Assembly (NCBI GenBank): GCA_964016885.1
Contig: OZ024749.1
Coordinates: 3,596,001 to 3,660,000 of the forward strand
Length of the DNA stretch: 64,000 nucleotides
DNA from: Eledone cirrhosa
Taxonomy: Eukaryota
Reading direction: 5' to 3'
The position numbers were made by a program, and so were the translations under genes. This document shows positions 30,969-46,332 of this stretch, piece by piece. The notes beneath the pieces were generated by a model. That model did no database searches. It saw only the letters and a program-made list of their open reading frames with translations, and was not told the origin of the DNA. Position 1 is the stretch's first letter. Each line of letters opens with the position of its first letter.

Positions 30969-31091
30969 CCCTTCCTTTTCCGACAAAAGAAGTAAGTGAC
31001 CTAGTCACTACTTAAAAATGGTAGCGCAAGGTCTGCAAAATGTTTTTAATTAAACATACGGTATATTACCAAATATACTATACATACATTC

Positions 31092-31184
<93 letters not shown>

Positions 31185-31716
31185 GATAAATCTACCAAGA
31201 GTTTACGGTAGTGTCCAATCCGTATGAAGAACTCAATGTATTCCGGATATCATGGAAAGAAGAGATGTAATGAAAAATCACTTTCGGTGAAAGATAAACG
31301 GTATACAGAGTCAAGATAAAATATTAAACAAATAATGAATAAACAATGAAACAGTTCCTTATATTAAACAAAAAAAGTTCATTATTTAACGATCGTTTCT
31401 AGGATATATATGTGTTAGAATTGGCATGCATATTCAACAGATCTATGTACAAAATTATACAAAATTATACAAACTATCAAGATTAAATATACATACCAAC
31501 ACATATATACGCCGTCTTCAGAAAGACGGCGTATATATGTGTTGGTATGTATATTTAATCTTGATAGTTTGTATAATTTTGTATAATTTTGTACATAGAT
31601 CTGTTGAATATGCATGCCAATTCTAACACATATATATCCTAGAAACGATCGTTAAATAATGAACTTTTTTTGTTTAATATAAGGAACTGTTTCATTGTTT
31701 ATTCATTATTTGTTTA

Positions 31717-31725
<9 letters not shown>
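31185..31725. mobile_element. Perfect palindromic fold-back element (203-bp arms, 4-nt spacer) plus unpaired tail
   Basis: 31316-31518 is the reverse complement of 31523-31725 with no mismatch seen. TA flanks. Confidence 0.9.
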
Positions 31726-31764
<39 letters not shown>

Positions 31765-32169
31765 TATATATATATATATATATTTTTATTTTTTTAATGT
31801 CTTTGAATTTAGTCCACGATTTGCTTTTTTCCATCCACTGAATTATTTTTGTATAAGTTACCCGTGTCCACGCATCGTCTGGTAACTTAGCTGAGAACAG
31901 ACTTCGTGATGACGAAACGGCTTCTCCATGCTTTCGATGTTTAAACCATGTTTATTCCCTTTTAGAAAATAATTAGTTGAGTGAAATTTTAGTAAGTATG
32001 TTAATTTTAATAATTTTCTTATTTGACGTCTTTCATATAATTGTTCGGCATCCCCTGCATTGAACCACAAAGTTACTAAGACAAAACCTATATATTTGCT
32101 AGCATAGGTATGCATCTGTGTATATATGTTGGTAGATATACAAATTCTTTATATATATATACGCACACA

Positions 32170-32705
32170 CACAGAAGTTATATTTAATATGTTGGAATTC
32201 CGAAAATATAAATGTTAACTGATACAGAGCACTCAACAGTTTACTGGAGTAAATATTCCAAGATATTAATAAATGGAAACTATATTTATAAAACATATTT
32301 ATTTTATTATATATATTTCAAGGGCGACCAAGCAACCTTATTGCGCTTTCATCAGATAAAATACAAAATTAGTTTCATAAATACCGACGTATCCATGGAA
32401 ATCAATCTTAACGGTCGGAAATTCGCTGGATAGTGTAAATTTATTAGGGGTAATTCAAAGTTATGCAAGTTATGATACATTCATTTGCATACCCACACAT
32501 AACTTTGAATTACCCCTCATAAATGTCCACTATCGAGCGAAATTCAGACCGTTAAGGTTGATTTCCATGGATACGTCGGTATTTGTAAAACTAATTTTGT
32601 ATTTTATCTGATGAAAGCGCACCAAAATAGGTTGGTCGCCCTTGAAATATATATAATAACATAAATATGGTTTTATGAATATAGTTTGTAGTTTCCATTT
32701 ATTAA
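32170..32705. mobile_element. Fold-back pLTR element (family A relative) with two hammerheads
   Basis: Arms ~32266-32465 and 32498-32705. CTGATGA at 32608 with GAAA-TATATA-TA at 32644; mirror copy at ~32300-32362. Confidence 0.85.
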
Positions 32706-33466
32706 ATGTGTGTATGTATATATATAACATAAAGTATGTGAGTAACGAGTGAGTAAATGTCATCAATGACGGTGTAACTCCAGAATAAAGCCTGCTACGA
32801 TTGTTTTGACGTATTCACAGTTTAACATGTTCATAACAATACCATTGCATATTCATTATACATGAACATTTTTGAATGTCATCATAAACACTCTCTGATA
32901 TCTGTATTTAACAAGTCCACTACAAATTCATTACCATCACATTGTGCATTATACTAAGTGAAATTCCTTAATCCTTCAGTTAATGAGGCTGCTGCTGATA
33001 TATTGCAATCAACATGTATTTATGCCTGTTGCTATGTTGCTTCATCGAATCAACTTTCACTCCATTGCAACCAATTATCCTACATTCACTTAGATTCTAC
33101 ATTGTTCCATTCAATCCACTGTAAATGCATTACTTCCATTATAAATTGCTGAAATGTGTCAGTAAATATTCTGATATTTTATTACGATCATATTGTATGC
33201 TGTTGAATGTTATAACTTTATACAGGAGCACATCCAGTAATAATTTACTTTAGTGTTCAAATGTTTCTACCAATATACATGTTCTATCTATTTATTCAAT
33301 CCTTGAAGCTGTCCTGATATTTGCAATCATATTTAACTGTCTTTTGGCAGGTATTTTAAATCGTTCAGCCCACACGTTGAATTTGGACTGATAAATATCA
33401 TGATTTACATAGGGAAAGTAAACTGACTATATTTCAGGTCAAGTAGTTCATTAATATATATATATA

Positions 33467-33616
33467 ACGAAGAAGGTGCGGTGCGGAACCAGATGAACCA
33501 TAACGCACCAGAGTACTCAATACTTAGGGTAGTAGAGTGGGTAACAGGAACAATTTAAACGCCGATGGCAGAGCTCAAGCCGTTTCAACGGCTATTTCTG
33601 GACGGTTATTTTTCCT
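33467..33616. mobile_element. Copy of the 646-840 family
   Basis: aacgcaccagagtactcaatacttagggtagtagagtgggtaa...ggcagagctcaagccgtttc, between TA/CA tracts. Confidence 0.75.
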
Positions 33617-33651
<35 letters not shown>

Positions 33652-33663
33652 ATATATATATGT

Positions 33664-33736
<73 letters not shown>

Positions 33737-33745
33737 CATATATAT

Positions 33746-34270
<525 letters not shown>

Positions 34271-34319
34271 ACAGGTAAACAAACACGAATGGTGAGGTAA
34301 CGTAAAGAGAGGAATAATC

Positions 34320-34445
34320 CACTCCAGTATTATCGACCTTGAAAGGATGAAAGGCAAAGTTGACCGCAGCGGGATTTGAACTCAGATGACGCAATGGGGT
34401 TGAACGAGTACCGTAAAGCATTCTATCCGTCCTCTTAACGCAAAT
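34320..34445 (-). mobile_element. tRNA-derived SINE (same family as 13201)
   Basis: ttatcgaccttgaaaggatgaaaggcaaagttgacc...gggatttgaactcag. Confidence 0.75.
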
Positions 34446-34491
34446 TCGCCTTATATATATATATAAATACACACACGCACACACACACACG

Positions 34492-34553
<62 letters not shown>

Positions 34554-34635
34554 CTGTAGGAGGTGAGTTTTATTGTAGCACAATAAAGCAATGCAAATAT
34601 CGGATGAGTAGCACTCCACAGTTTATAGGACTGGA

Positions 34636-34872
34636 GTATAAATAATATAAGATCAAAAGATGGTTAAAAGAGTTCCAAGTATTGTATTATGCGCATTTCA
34701 AAAACAAATATCACCAGGGGATGATATCTGCCTTCTCATCAGATAAAAGAGTATCCCTATTTTTTCTGATGAGCACGCAGATATCATCCCATGATGATAT
34801 TTGTTTTTGAAATGCGCATAATACAATACATGGAACTCTTTTAACCAATCTTTTGATCTTATATTATTTATA
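34636..34872. mobile_element. Fold-back element with two hammerheads
   Basis: Arms ~34636-34748 and 34760-34872. CTGATGA(34766)-gcagatatcatc/gatgatatttgt-GAAA(34809)-T GCGC A-TA. Confidence 0.85.
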
Positions 34873-34876
34873 TACA

Positions 34877-34948
<72 letters not shown>

Positions 34949-34970
34949 GTAATATATATGTATATATCTA

Positions 34971-35138
<168 letters not shown>

Positions 35139-36765
35139 TGGAGGGGGAGGGGATCGATTCGCTTGTAGCGTTTAATGAAGGATGTAACAGTTATACCTGA
35201 TAAAAGGCACGAGTAGTTAGTCAACAAACACAATATTCTATGCCACCCATTAGAAGTAATGGACGTTTGGAATAATTCAAATATTTCCCAGTGCTTGTTT
35301 ACAATATTAACAATATAAACCTTATGTCTTTTCTATCTCTATTTGTACCCACCCCCTCTCTCACTCTCACATTCTCTCTATTTCTGTCTCCCCCACTCTC
35401 TATATCTCTCTTTTGCTCTGTCTCTCTATCTCTTTCTGTCTCTTTCGCGCTCTCTCATTCTCACTCACACTATATCCATATCTCTGTTTACGTCTTTCAC
35501 ACGGAATCTCTAGGCTTTAACTCTTTCACCAGTATTATATAAACTTGGAGGAGTAAATTTTCATTATAAAGTATTGTATTTATAATACCATTCGTGTGAG
35601 TCACAAAGGCGTTTTAAGCAATACAGTGCCTGTTGTCTGCTGGCAATTATTCCTGCTCGGCAAGATTAATTTCCTCATTAACCGTGAGGTTAATTAAATA
35701 ATTATAACAACGCTTCTATTTTTTTTTCTTTTCAAAACATAATAGCATCGCTGTTTTCATTTTAAATTCATTAATAACCACAGTGTATGTTAAGACCTGT
35801 TTATTAACATTGGATAAAGGATTATGACATCCTACTCCCATACTGACGACATACAATTTTCGCTGCATAATGAATGAATCCATCCATACTGAGATAAACA
35901 TTCCATAGGGATTGCATATTCAAAGGGTCATTATATATATGGTTGAGGTTAAAAGGTAGATAATAAAGCAACGTCCTGTGTCAGTATTTCATTGAACTAA
36001 ATTAAGAAATCTAATATTGGCTGAGAATGTATGACTCCTGATTAAAATGGCTCACATTTTAGTCTACTCCCAGGCGACGAGATCCTTGCTGTATTTCTGT
36101 GCAGTTTAGCAGTAATATATTTATGTGCGAATTATACAAGAGGAGTCGGAGGAGACATCTTGATACGTTTCCTAGAAACAATAGTTCGTTTGGTTTCATA
36201 TTGATATTGAAGATTTACTTCTTCTTATTCACTAACATATTTGACATTGTAATATATTGGAATTAATATGTTAGAATTTGAAATCTGTTGTGTATTGATT
36301 CCAAAGCATGATATCATACAATATATGTGGAAATAACTTTATCTATTGACCCTGCAAGCTGAGCTACGCACAATTAGCCAGGCGGTCAACGTTATATAAG
36401 ATTTATACATGAAATAATATAACATGACGTTGCTCTAATAACACAGCCTTTAGCTATATACCCGCAAGATATATCAATAGTGGTTAATGGTTATAATTCT
36501 CAAGTATACTTTCATACTTTCCCGATATAATGACCTCTTGTCTTAGATGAAAGAATACTAGAAACCTAGTCAGATCATTTCAGAATATAGATTGCATTGC
36601 TTCATTCGCCAATCTTTCCAGTTTAAATGTCATTGTTAATTCAATCATAACCACAACAGATGTCATGAGGTGACAGATTATAAAACACATGCACAAATCT
36701 CGGAAATATGGTGCTTACAATCGAAACAGCTAAGCCACGCCTTTTGTGTGAATTACTGTTCATTA

Positions 36766-37178
36766 TGTAGGCAGAAACAACGTCGGTGAATTGGCAGTAT
36801 CAGTAGAGGGTCGGACGCCATGCTTTCCAGCATAGTTATGTCTCTTTACGATCTGAGTTCAAATCCCGCCGAGGTTAACTTTGCCTTTCATCCTTACGGG
36901 GTCGATAAAATAAAGTACCAGTAATGCACTGGTTAATTGCTGGCCTTGTTCCTAAAGTAGAAACAATTATATAGGCAGAAACAGGGCGGTGGATTGGCAG
37001 TATCGGTAGAGGGTCGGATGCCATGATTTCCAGCACAGTTACGTCTCTTTACGGACTGAGTTCAGATCCTGCCGAGGTTAACTTTGGCTTTCATCCTTAA
37101 GGGGTCGATAAAATAAAGTACCAGTAATGTACTGGGTATTTGCTGCCTGTGCCAAAAAGTAGAAACAATTATATAGGC
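36766..37178 (+). mobile_element. Tandem dimer of a tRNA-derived SINE
   Basis: Two ~205-bp units, each with A-box-like tggcagtatcggtaga, B-box-like gagttcaaatcc and the core. Units are bounded by tta(t/g)taggca. Confidence 0.85.
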
Positions 37179-37939
37179 ACGAACCTGTGCATATATATAT
37201 ATGTTATATCTCACACAGGCCGAATTAATTTCAATGGCTTGCATTTGTTAACATAATACTTTACTTCCTTCCTCTTGCCTTTTTCCTTTTTCTCTTTTTC
37301 TTCCATTTTTCCATTGTTTCATTGATGAGCTCTTCAGGCTATAAAAAACATCAACATCTCCCTGATGTCGATACCATTCTATGTACTTATTATAGCTTAA
37401 TTGCTCTAAATTAATGTTGTGTCTTTCGTCTCCTACTCCATTTGGCAGTGTTTTGATTTGTGCCAGACGCTTTGAAGCCGGGTGAATCAGCAGTACGCAT
37501 CGTTGGGGTCGAAACTGCAAAAATCCATCTCAACGTCGGATAACCCTGGAGTTCTCTATCTTTCGTTTGTATTTTTCTATTCAGATAATGTTTATCCCTG
37601 AGAAAATTGTTTTTCGTTTTTCTTCGTTTTCGTTCGTTGTCTTGTCCATTCTTTGTTAATGTTCTTATGTTTATATATTGACTCTCTGCTCTCTGAGTTC
37701 CAATCCTGTCAACTTTGTTTTTCATCCTTTCAAGATTGATAAAAAAAAGTATCAGTCCAGTAGTGGAGTAGATTCTTTCTGTCTCTGGGAGAATTCAGCT
37801 ATACTCAGCCCTGGAGAGGGATGGGCTCCGCCAGGGTTAAAATACCCAAGAAACGCCGTATGTCACTACGGCGCCCCTACGTTTCTATCAGGAGTTAAGG
37901 AACCCTGCCATACCGTATATATATATATATATATATATA

Positions 37940-38520
37940 CGAGGTCAGTCTGAAACGTCAAAGGACTGGTGTCACAATCAATTTATTTCAATTCCATACA
38001 ACAAATTACATCGAGTCTGATACCCCTTTTTCATCGTTCTCTGTCAATCTTCTATGTACTGTTGGGAAGATTCATCTTGGAAGCCCTTCAGCTCCTTCAT
38101 TATAGCTATCTTGATAGGCTGTACGCCTTCAATACGTGTCCACTTGATAACCCACTTCAGCTTGGGGAATACAAATACATCTCAGGGATCAGGCGATGTT
38201 CGTCTTGGCCAAGAATTACCTGATGCTCAAGGCGCCGCGAGACACTGCTCATCCGCATGTGCAAATATTTGGTGATAATCTTCCAAACGCTACAGTTCAT
38301 GCCCAGGTCACTTTCGATCAATCAAACAGTCAGCCGAAGTCGCCACGCACCATCTGCCTCACGCACTCAACGTTGGCCCCAGATCATGGTTTCGACATCC
38401 ACAACCGCTCGTCCTTTTAGACATTTTGCGCCAGCCTAAAATCCATGCGCGCGACATCGTCTCATCTCCGTACGCTTGCTAGAGTATTCAGAGTGCGAGT
38501 GACGCAGTTTTCTCAACCTA
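37940..38520 (-). mobile_element. Internally deleted mariner transposon relic
   Basis: Minus strand SPDP*DVFVFPKLK resembles the mariner SPDLAPxDFxLFPKLK motif; also NVECVRQMVR. TA-CGAGG terminus next to (TA)n. Confidence 0.75.
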
Positions 38521-39755
38521 TGTATGTAAACCCGCAATGTGAGGGAGAGGAATCGAATGCCAAATTTGTTTTTCATTTTCAGCATAGTCACTCGTAAAAT
38601 AGGGTGGCATGCAAATGAGGCTAATAAGTCGATATATTCTTTAGGAAGTTCTATATATTTTCAACATTTCAATGAGTGGCAAAGCGGTACACAGAACAGT
38701 AACCCAGAAACCTTTTGACAGTTCTTCCATGACACTGCTACAACGAACGGATGGCGTTGGTAATTAAAATATAAAACATAACATTACGTTATGAGGCTCT
38801 TGCTTGCAAACGAATCGAATATGATTATTATTATTCGTTATAAAACTAAAAATCTTATTTATGTTAACTCATTATGTGAATGTGAGGTTTCCTGCTTGGT
38901 AAAGGTATATGTTTCGTAGAAATATTTAGATATTCTTTCAGTATAGTGGTTTGAGATACATCTAAACAGGTTTGAAAACTGCTTCGTAGAAAAGACATTT
39001 GAACTTTCACCACCATCGTATGACTTTCAATGCCACTTAACTTAGTAAATTGATGGCATAATTGATATAGTGGAGAGCAAAGAAATGTGTATTTTGTTTC
39101 GGATGCTTGATAGAACTGTGGACATTAGTTTCAGTCTAAATTCGATCTCATCATCATTGCATTGTATAATAAATATACTTGTATATATATATATCTCTCG
39201 GCCTTACCATTTTGACGTATCAAAATGAGTTACATATATTCGGAGCAAATATAATTTGCATAGCTAAAATTAAGCCGAACTAAGAGAACATATATCACAA
39301 CCATGAATTTGATATTCTATGTTTTTAATCCTGTACACTATGAAATGTCAATTTATTAAAATTTACCCACACAGTGAGAGTTGTTATATATTGATATGTA
39401 TATACTAGGGCCTACAATAGTTGAGGATTAATGTCAAATCTTTATGTGTGAGATTGTGTGTGTGTGTGTGTGTTAGAGTTTGTATATTTTAAAAACGTTT
39501 CCTCATTCAGTGTCTCTATATAGCTCCCAATAATCTTCTATTTATATTTAAACACGTTTGAACAAAAGAGTACTGCATACACCAGTGTGCGCCACTATTA
39601 CTGGATGTTATTGGGTTTCTATCTAATTAAATATACCGCTATACTTATTTGACATTCTCAGTCGTCATGTTACTTTAACAACAACTCCATCCATTCAATT
39701 ATACACACACACACAAACACACAAACATACATATATATATATAGATATATGTGTG

Positions 39756-39851
<96 letters not shown>

Positions 39852-39909
39852 TGTATATACATATATATATATAAAAGTATATGTGTTTGTATACATGTAC
39901 GTGTATATG

Positions 39910-40007
<98 letters not shown>

Positions 40008-40241
40008 TATATATATTTGTTTGTGAGTGTCTGTGTGTCTGTGTACGTAAGTATGTATGTATATATGTATCTATGTATGTATGTATATAAATATATGTAA
40101 TTACAGAGAGTAAACGAGTAATGAAGGAGCTGAATATGAAGATATGAAATTATATATTGGTCTCTATGCTTGAATAGGCTTATGTAAGCCTATTATTAAG
40201 TTTCATTGAGATTCAGTTTTAATGAAATCACTGATATATAT

Positions 40242-40313
<72 letters not shown>

Positions 40314-40332
40314 TGAGTGTATTGAAATATAA

Positions 40333-40379
<47 letters not shown>

Positions 40380-40428
40380 ATATATATATATATATATATA
40401 CAATATATATCACACACATATATATACT

Positions 40429-40490
<62 letters not shown>

Positions 40491-40651
40491 AAATTAAATA
40501 TACTAGAATCTATGTGCTTATTTGATTTTAAATGTTGTTATGTATGTATATATATACTTAAGTAGGAACCCCTACACACACCTATATATGTATATATGTA
40601 TATATAAATATATATATGTATTTATATATATATATTATATATATATACATA

Positions 40652-40739
<88 letters not shown>

Positions 40740-41423
40740 TATATATATATATATATATATATAAATATGATTGTGTGTGTGTGTATATATATATGTGTGT
40801 GTATGTATATATCTGTGTGTATTTGCTTGCACCTGAGAGTGAGTGTGTGAGAGATTATGTCGGTGTGTATACGTATGTATGTGTAATTACGCATGCATTT
40901 AAATACATTGTATATGTGAGCGTGTTTGTCTTTACATGTTCGTCTCTGTCGTTACACGTTCACATATATGTAAACAGTACAGATCACATTTTCACTCATA
41001 TAATAATGTGTACGTCTATATTTATATTTATAACCCAGTAATTTACTAGAGTGGCTGGAACGAGACATTGCAAAAGCGAACTAATATATAAGTCAACACA
41101 GAAAGAAAGAAATACATAAATAAATAAAGAACATAATAAACAAATATATAGTTGTATTTATATCTAAATAAATAAATATATGCAAAGTATGAAAACTTGA
41201 AATAAATTAATAAAACATTGAAGTAAATTTCCAGTATATCAAATTCTTTTTGTAGCAATTTGAGAAATTAAAATTGTCTGACTACGAAGAAGTTTGAGTT
41301 CGGAATATAAACAAAGGATTTATTTAGATTGCAAGAAGAATAGAAAATGTCTAATAACATTCCACAAGTGATAACTTTTTTTCCTTTTGACCTTCTATGT
41401 TGCTGTGCACACACACACACACA

Positions 41424-41472
<49 letters not shown>

Positions 41473-41491
41473 CTGTGTGCTTATGTATGTA

Positions 41492-41544
<53 letters not shown>

Positions 41545-43080
41545 TTGTGCCATTGTAGAAATGTAATATTATTATGTAGTGTAAAGTCTAATACTAGTTT
41601 CGGCGAGAGATGGCGTACATTATATTATATAATATTATATGAACGTTTTAAAATTGCGAAATTTAAATCCGCATACGCACAAGAGAAACCGTAGATTAGT
41701 GAATACGTTAATCACACATACATTCTTAGATACATACATAATACATACACATATACATAAATACATGCATACATACAAACATACATACACACACACATAC
41801 ACAAACACACATATACATGTATATATATATATATATGTATATGTTTATATACATATATATGTATATGTTTATATAGATATATATGTGCGTGTGTGTGTTT
41901 GTATATGTGTATGTAAACGGTAAACAGAAATAACAACACAATCAGTACAGTACATGGAAGGAATATATTAGGTTAACGCTTGAAATAGCAGGAAATGGGT
42001 CTCTACGTTTTGGACGCGAGTCCTTCACGAGAAGAAATAATGATAAATTAGAAAGATTGAAGGGACGGCGGGGTGGAATTGTAAATAATGTCTTCAGGGA
42101 AAAATAACAGGTCCATTCATGTTGACATCTCTTGGAAATATATATGTAGATGTATATGCGCGTGGTTGTTTGTACGCGTGTGCGATAGCATGTATGTGTG
42201 TGTGTGTGTCTATAAAGAATGAAAATCCGCACATTTTTTGTGAGAGAAAATCTTCATTGAGCTTTTTAGCAAGCAAGTGGATTTTAGAGAAACAATTTCT
42301 CTTTCGTGTTATTAAACCCTGTGCCATACAGCTTCAAAATTCAGTTAGATTACATTAGTGTATCGTAAATTTGTGGGGCTTACAATCTATGGTAATCAGC
42401 TCACGCTCATATTGATGTGTTTTGCAATCATATCTGCCAGTTTCCTCCAGGAACAAGGCATTATATTTCTATCAAACGTAAATTATACCAGTATTTCAAT
42501 GACCAATTCTACCATACCCTCTTTCAGTCTAATTGTTTACGTGTCTTGGGAACAGTCAGCCACTCTTAACTAAATGTCACTAGCAGGGTCCTCAGGTCCC
42601 CGAATATCTCTATTTGTTGATATTAATGACTTTTTTTACCCGTTAAAATTCAATATATAACGGGTTAAAATTCATTATTTGTTCGTGATTTTTATTCTTT
42701 GACACTATTTTCTTTTATTCATGCAATGAATAACCTTGAAGTGTAACTGATATTTACTGTGATCCCACAAAGGCATCACTAGCTGGTTAATCATTATTTC
42801 ATCATGAATATTACAACCTCGATGTGAAATGTGTCATTAGATATTATATGATGATTATTACCTTCAACATAAATCTCTTTAATCTGTCATGGTTAGGGGT
42901 TATAAAACAAAAACGAAACATGCACTGCTTGCACCCATACACACATATAGACATATAACCCCTATATACATATATATTAACATCAACTATGGATGGGTTA
43001 CGTAACGAAGTCTGCTCTTCCTTCTATTGCATCATATTTGACTAAATGGTGAACCACTAAACACACACACACACACACAG

Positions 43081-43129
<49 letters not shown>

Positions 43130-45856
43130 CGCTCATACATATATGTGTCTGTGTATTAATTAGAGGTTTGGGTGAGTCTGCATATGTGTGTGTACGAGTG
43201 CGTATATTATATATATATATAGAGAGAGAGAGTGAGAGACGGAGAAGACTTACTTGAATGATATATGTTAATATATTAATTTTATCAGTTGTAAATCTTC
43301 AAACTTTGGTTGCCATTGCCTTCATCACGACCATATAAAATATTTTAAACGATTATTTATTTCATTGATTATCATATGTCGAACCGCTAAATACAGAATA
43401 CCATAGTTTTATAGCACAAATAACAACGACCCTAATAAGTGCTGATACACAGAGGCACGGAGAGGCAAATATGAGCGGATGAAGACATAACTATGTCTCC
43501 GGGGTTTGGCATCGTTAATATATGTAACTAGCTAAGTTATTCAAAGATATTCATTATTAAAGTTATATCCCCTGAAAGCGAACTCTTTAGCGTGTTGTGA
43601 AATGTAAAACGGTGTGAATAAAAATGCTTTGAATATTCAAACAGCAAATGTTACCCTCTAGCTTTTTGTACTCACAGGCGAGATTATGCCTTATTATATT
43701 TCTTCTAATATGGCATAATTAGTTATTTCTAGCTATAATTAATTCCACTCCTACTATGTACAATGAAATGATGCTTCTAGCACATATATAACGGCATTGA
43801 ATATCATAATTTGGCAACCGTTGCATGGTTGCTTGTCATCCAAGATACATTTAACAAATTTCTTTCACATACTTTACATATATTTGTTTCTTAACTAACT
43901 AGTAGGTGTAACCTTAACACACGTCCAGATTTGGCATTATTTTTGTGACAGCCCTCTTTAAATGAAGTTTGTTAGAGTGAACCCTTATGGAAGACCGTCA
44001 AGGCATCGGTCTTCCTCTGGATCGACATGTACATCCACATTTCTCTAGACTGTCTTTAACAGAGTACAGTCTGTTTTTAGTTTTATTTTTTGTTTTTTTT
44101 TGTTTTGGGGTCGGATTTCCAATTTGAAATACGTTCCTTCCGTCTTCTCATCGGTATCAGAAGCCTTTTGGATGTGTAGTGGAAGCTGTCCAATTTGTAT
44201 TACTAAGCCTTTAAAGCAATTGGATATTATATGAAATATATAATTGTTTATGGCAATTGGATATCTTAGATCAGAGGAAGGCTTAAAGATAACTGATCTG
44301 GAATTATCTACAGCAGCAGTAACATCCTATACAATATGTTATCCGAATACAATGCCTCAATTAGAACGAATATTATAAATTTTTAGCTATATACACATAG
44401 ATAAATACATACATACATGCACGTATATTTAGATCGTTACGTAAAAAAATAGTTATGTGGATGATATCATTTCAAAAATACATGTTAATGATATTGAATA
44501 ATTATCGGCTCCTGCTTGCATCATCCTATTTCACTAACATTTTAATACAAACACAATTTACTCTCCTTATTAAAATATAAGATGCTCCTGTGTAACTTAA
44601 TGGACCTTCATCGCTTTCGCGGATGCGTGTTCCTGTTAATCGATTAACGAAACAACACGCGCATGTAACTACATAGCAAATGACTGAATATTCCACAAAT
44701 ACATGCTAACACTTATGGTAATTCTGAGGAAGATTCAGTCTAACATAGTTTATGATACGTCTGGAATTCTTCGATAATAGTTAAATACCACACGACAAGC
44801 TTTCAAACAATTCTGTCTCTGCAGCTACACTTATATGCATGATTCTAGCTGAAGCTATCGTAGATAACATTTGATCAAGATACCACAGAGAGAGATCGAA
44901 CCAGGAAACTAACGGTTGAGAAGCGAACTCTTTGAACGTGTGGCCATGCTGCATCTACTACTGAGTAACATGTGCGGGGTCAATAGTCTATATGCAATGG
45001 CATTGCAGCACTATAAAAGTCGGTCTGAAAATATATGTATTATTAGCTGGTTGGTGTAGGTCTAGAAAACGGAAGCGATGATAAATGACATCGAGTAAAT
45101 TATTAACATGGCGTTTTCTTGCATGATTGGCAAATATATAATATATTCGCTATTGTTTCTTTTCGCATCTTTGCATGAATCTCTAACGCTTATTTATTTT
45201 ATCTTCTTCATTTCTTCGTCATAAGTTTATTGTCATATCAATGCGGATATTCTATTTTGATGTTTTGTTTTGTAAAATACAATTCCTCCTTTTCTGCCAA
45301 GGTAATAACATGCAAACATCCACTATTAGAGCTTGGACAGAACAATGACTGCTGAATTGCAGGAGTGGACATATTCCTAATTGGTATGGTCTTATTAAAA
45401 ACAAGTAAGGATTTTTTGCAGAAATGATCTGGCAGTGATACTATGGAAGATATACTATGCTGTCGATTCAATAGAACCCATCGACTAGTAGTACATTCAA
45501 CGAAGCAAGTCGTGTAACCCGTTGAGATATTTAATATTACAATACTTCATATATGAAAATATATATCGACCGACAGTCGATCCACAATATCCCAGGTGAT
45601 GTTCGTTAAATCGGACCCAGGAAACAATGATTCTATCGGTCTTTACAATTGCTATTACTATATGTAGGTCGCAAATCCAAACAGAAATGAATTAATGTGT
45701 CTTGCTGAAGGAAATAGCGCATCGGCTGGTCCATGAATCGAAATCAGTACCTCACGATTGTGAATACTATTCTCTTTCTCTCTATCTCTCCCTCTTTATC
45801 TCTCTCTCTCTCTCTCTCTCTCCATCTCTCGCTCACTCTCTCGCTCGCCCCCCCCC

Positions 45857-45907
<51 letters not shown>

Positions 45908-45976
45908 TATAAATATACATATATATATATATATATGTATATATATGTATATATATTCATGTATATATATATATGT

Positions 45977-46022
<46 letters not shown>

Positions 46023-46055
46023 GTATATATATACATATATATACATATATATATA

Positions 46056-46156
<101 letters not shown>

Positions 46157-46332
46157 TGCTTCCAACAGTAATGGTTCCATTTTTCAAGGGTATGTCAATA
46201 TCTATTTATAAAACTGATCTATATTGTATTTTGTCTGATGAAAGCATACCATAACTTAACGTGGTATCGTTGAAACATGTATAATAAAATAAATATGGTT
46301 TTATAAATATAGTTTCCATTTGTTAATATCGT
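46157..46332 (+). mobile_element. Solo family A pLTR with hammerhead (46227-46291)
   Basis: Matches 2512-2687. CTGATGA at 46235, GAAA at 46272. Confidence 0.8.

Noticed and set aside
31415-31626. Two near-identical ORFs on opposite strands
   Set aside because: A consequence of the perfect palindrome; no protein motif.
32770-33410. Complex non-repetitive stretch that looks like decayed coding sequence
   Set aside because: Stops in the frames I read and no family I can name; needs a translated search.
42500-42640. Possible CR1/L2 RT relic
   Set aside because: Only faint resemblance to the GVPQGS..INDL region.
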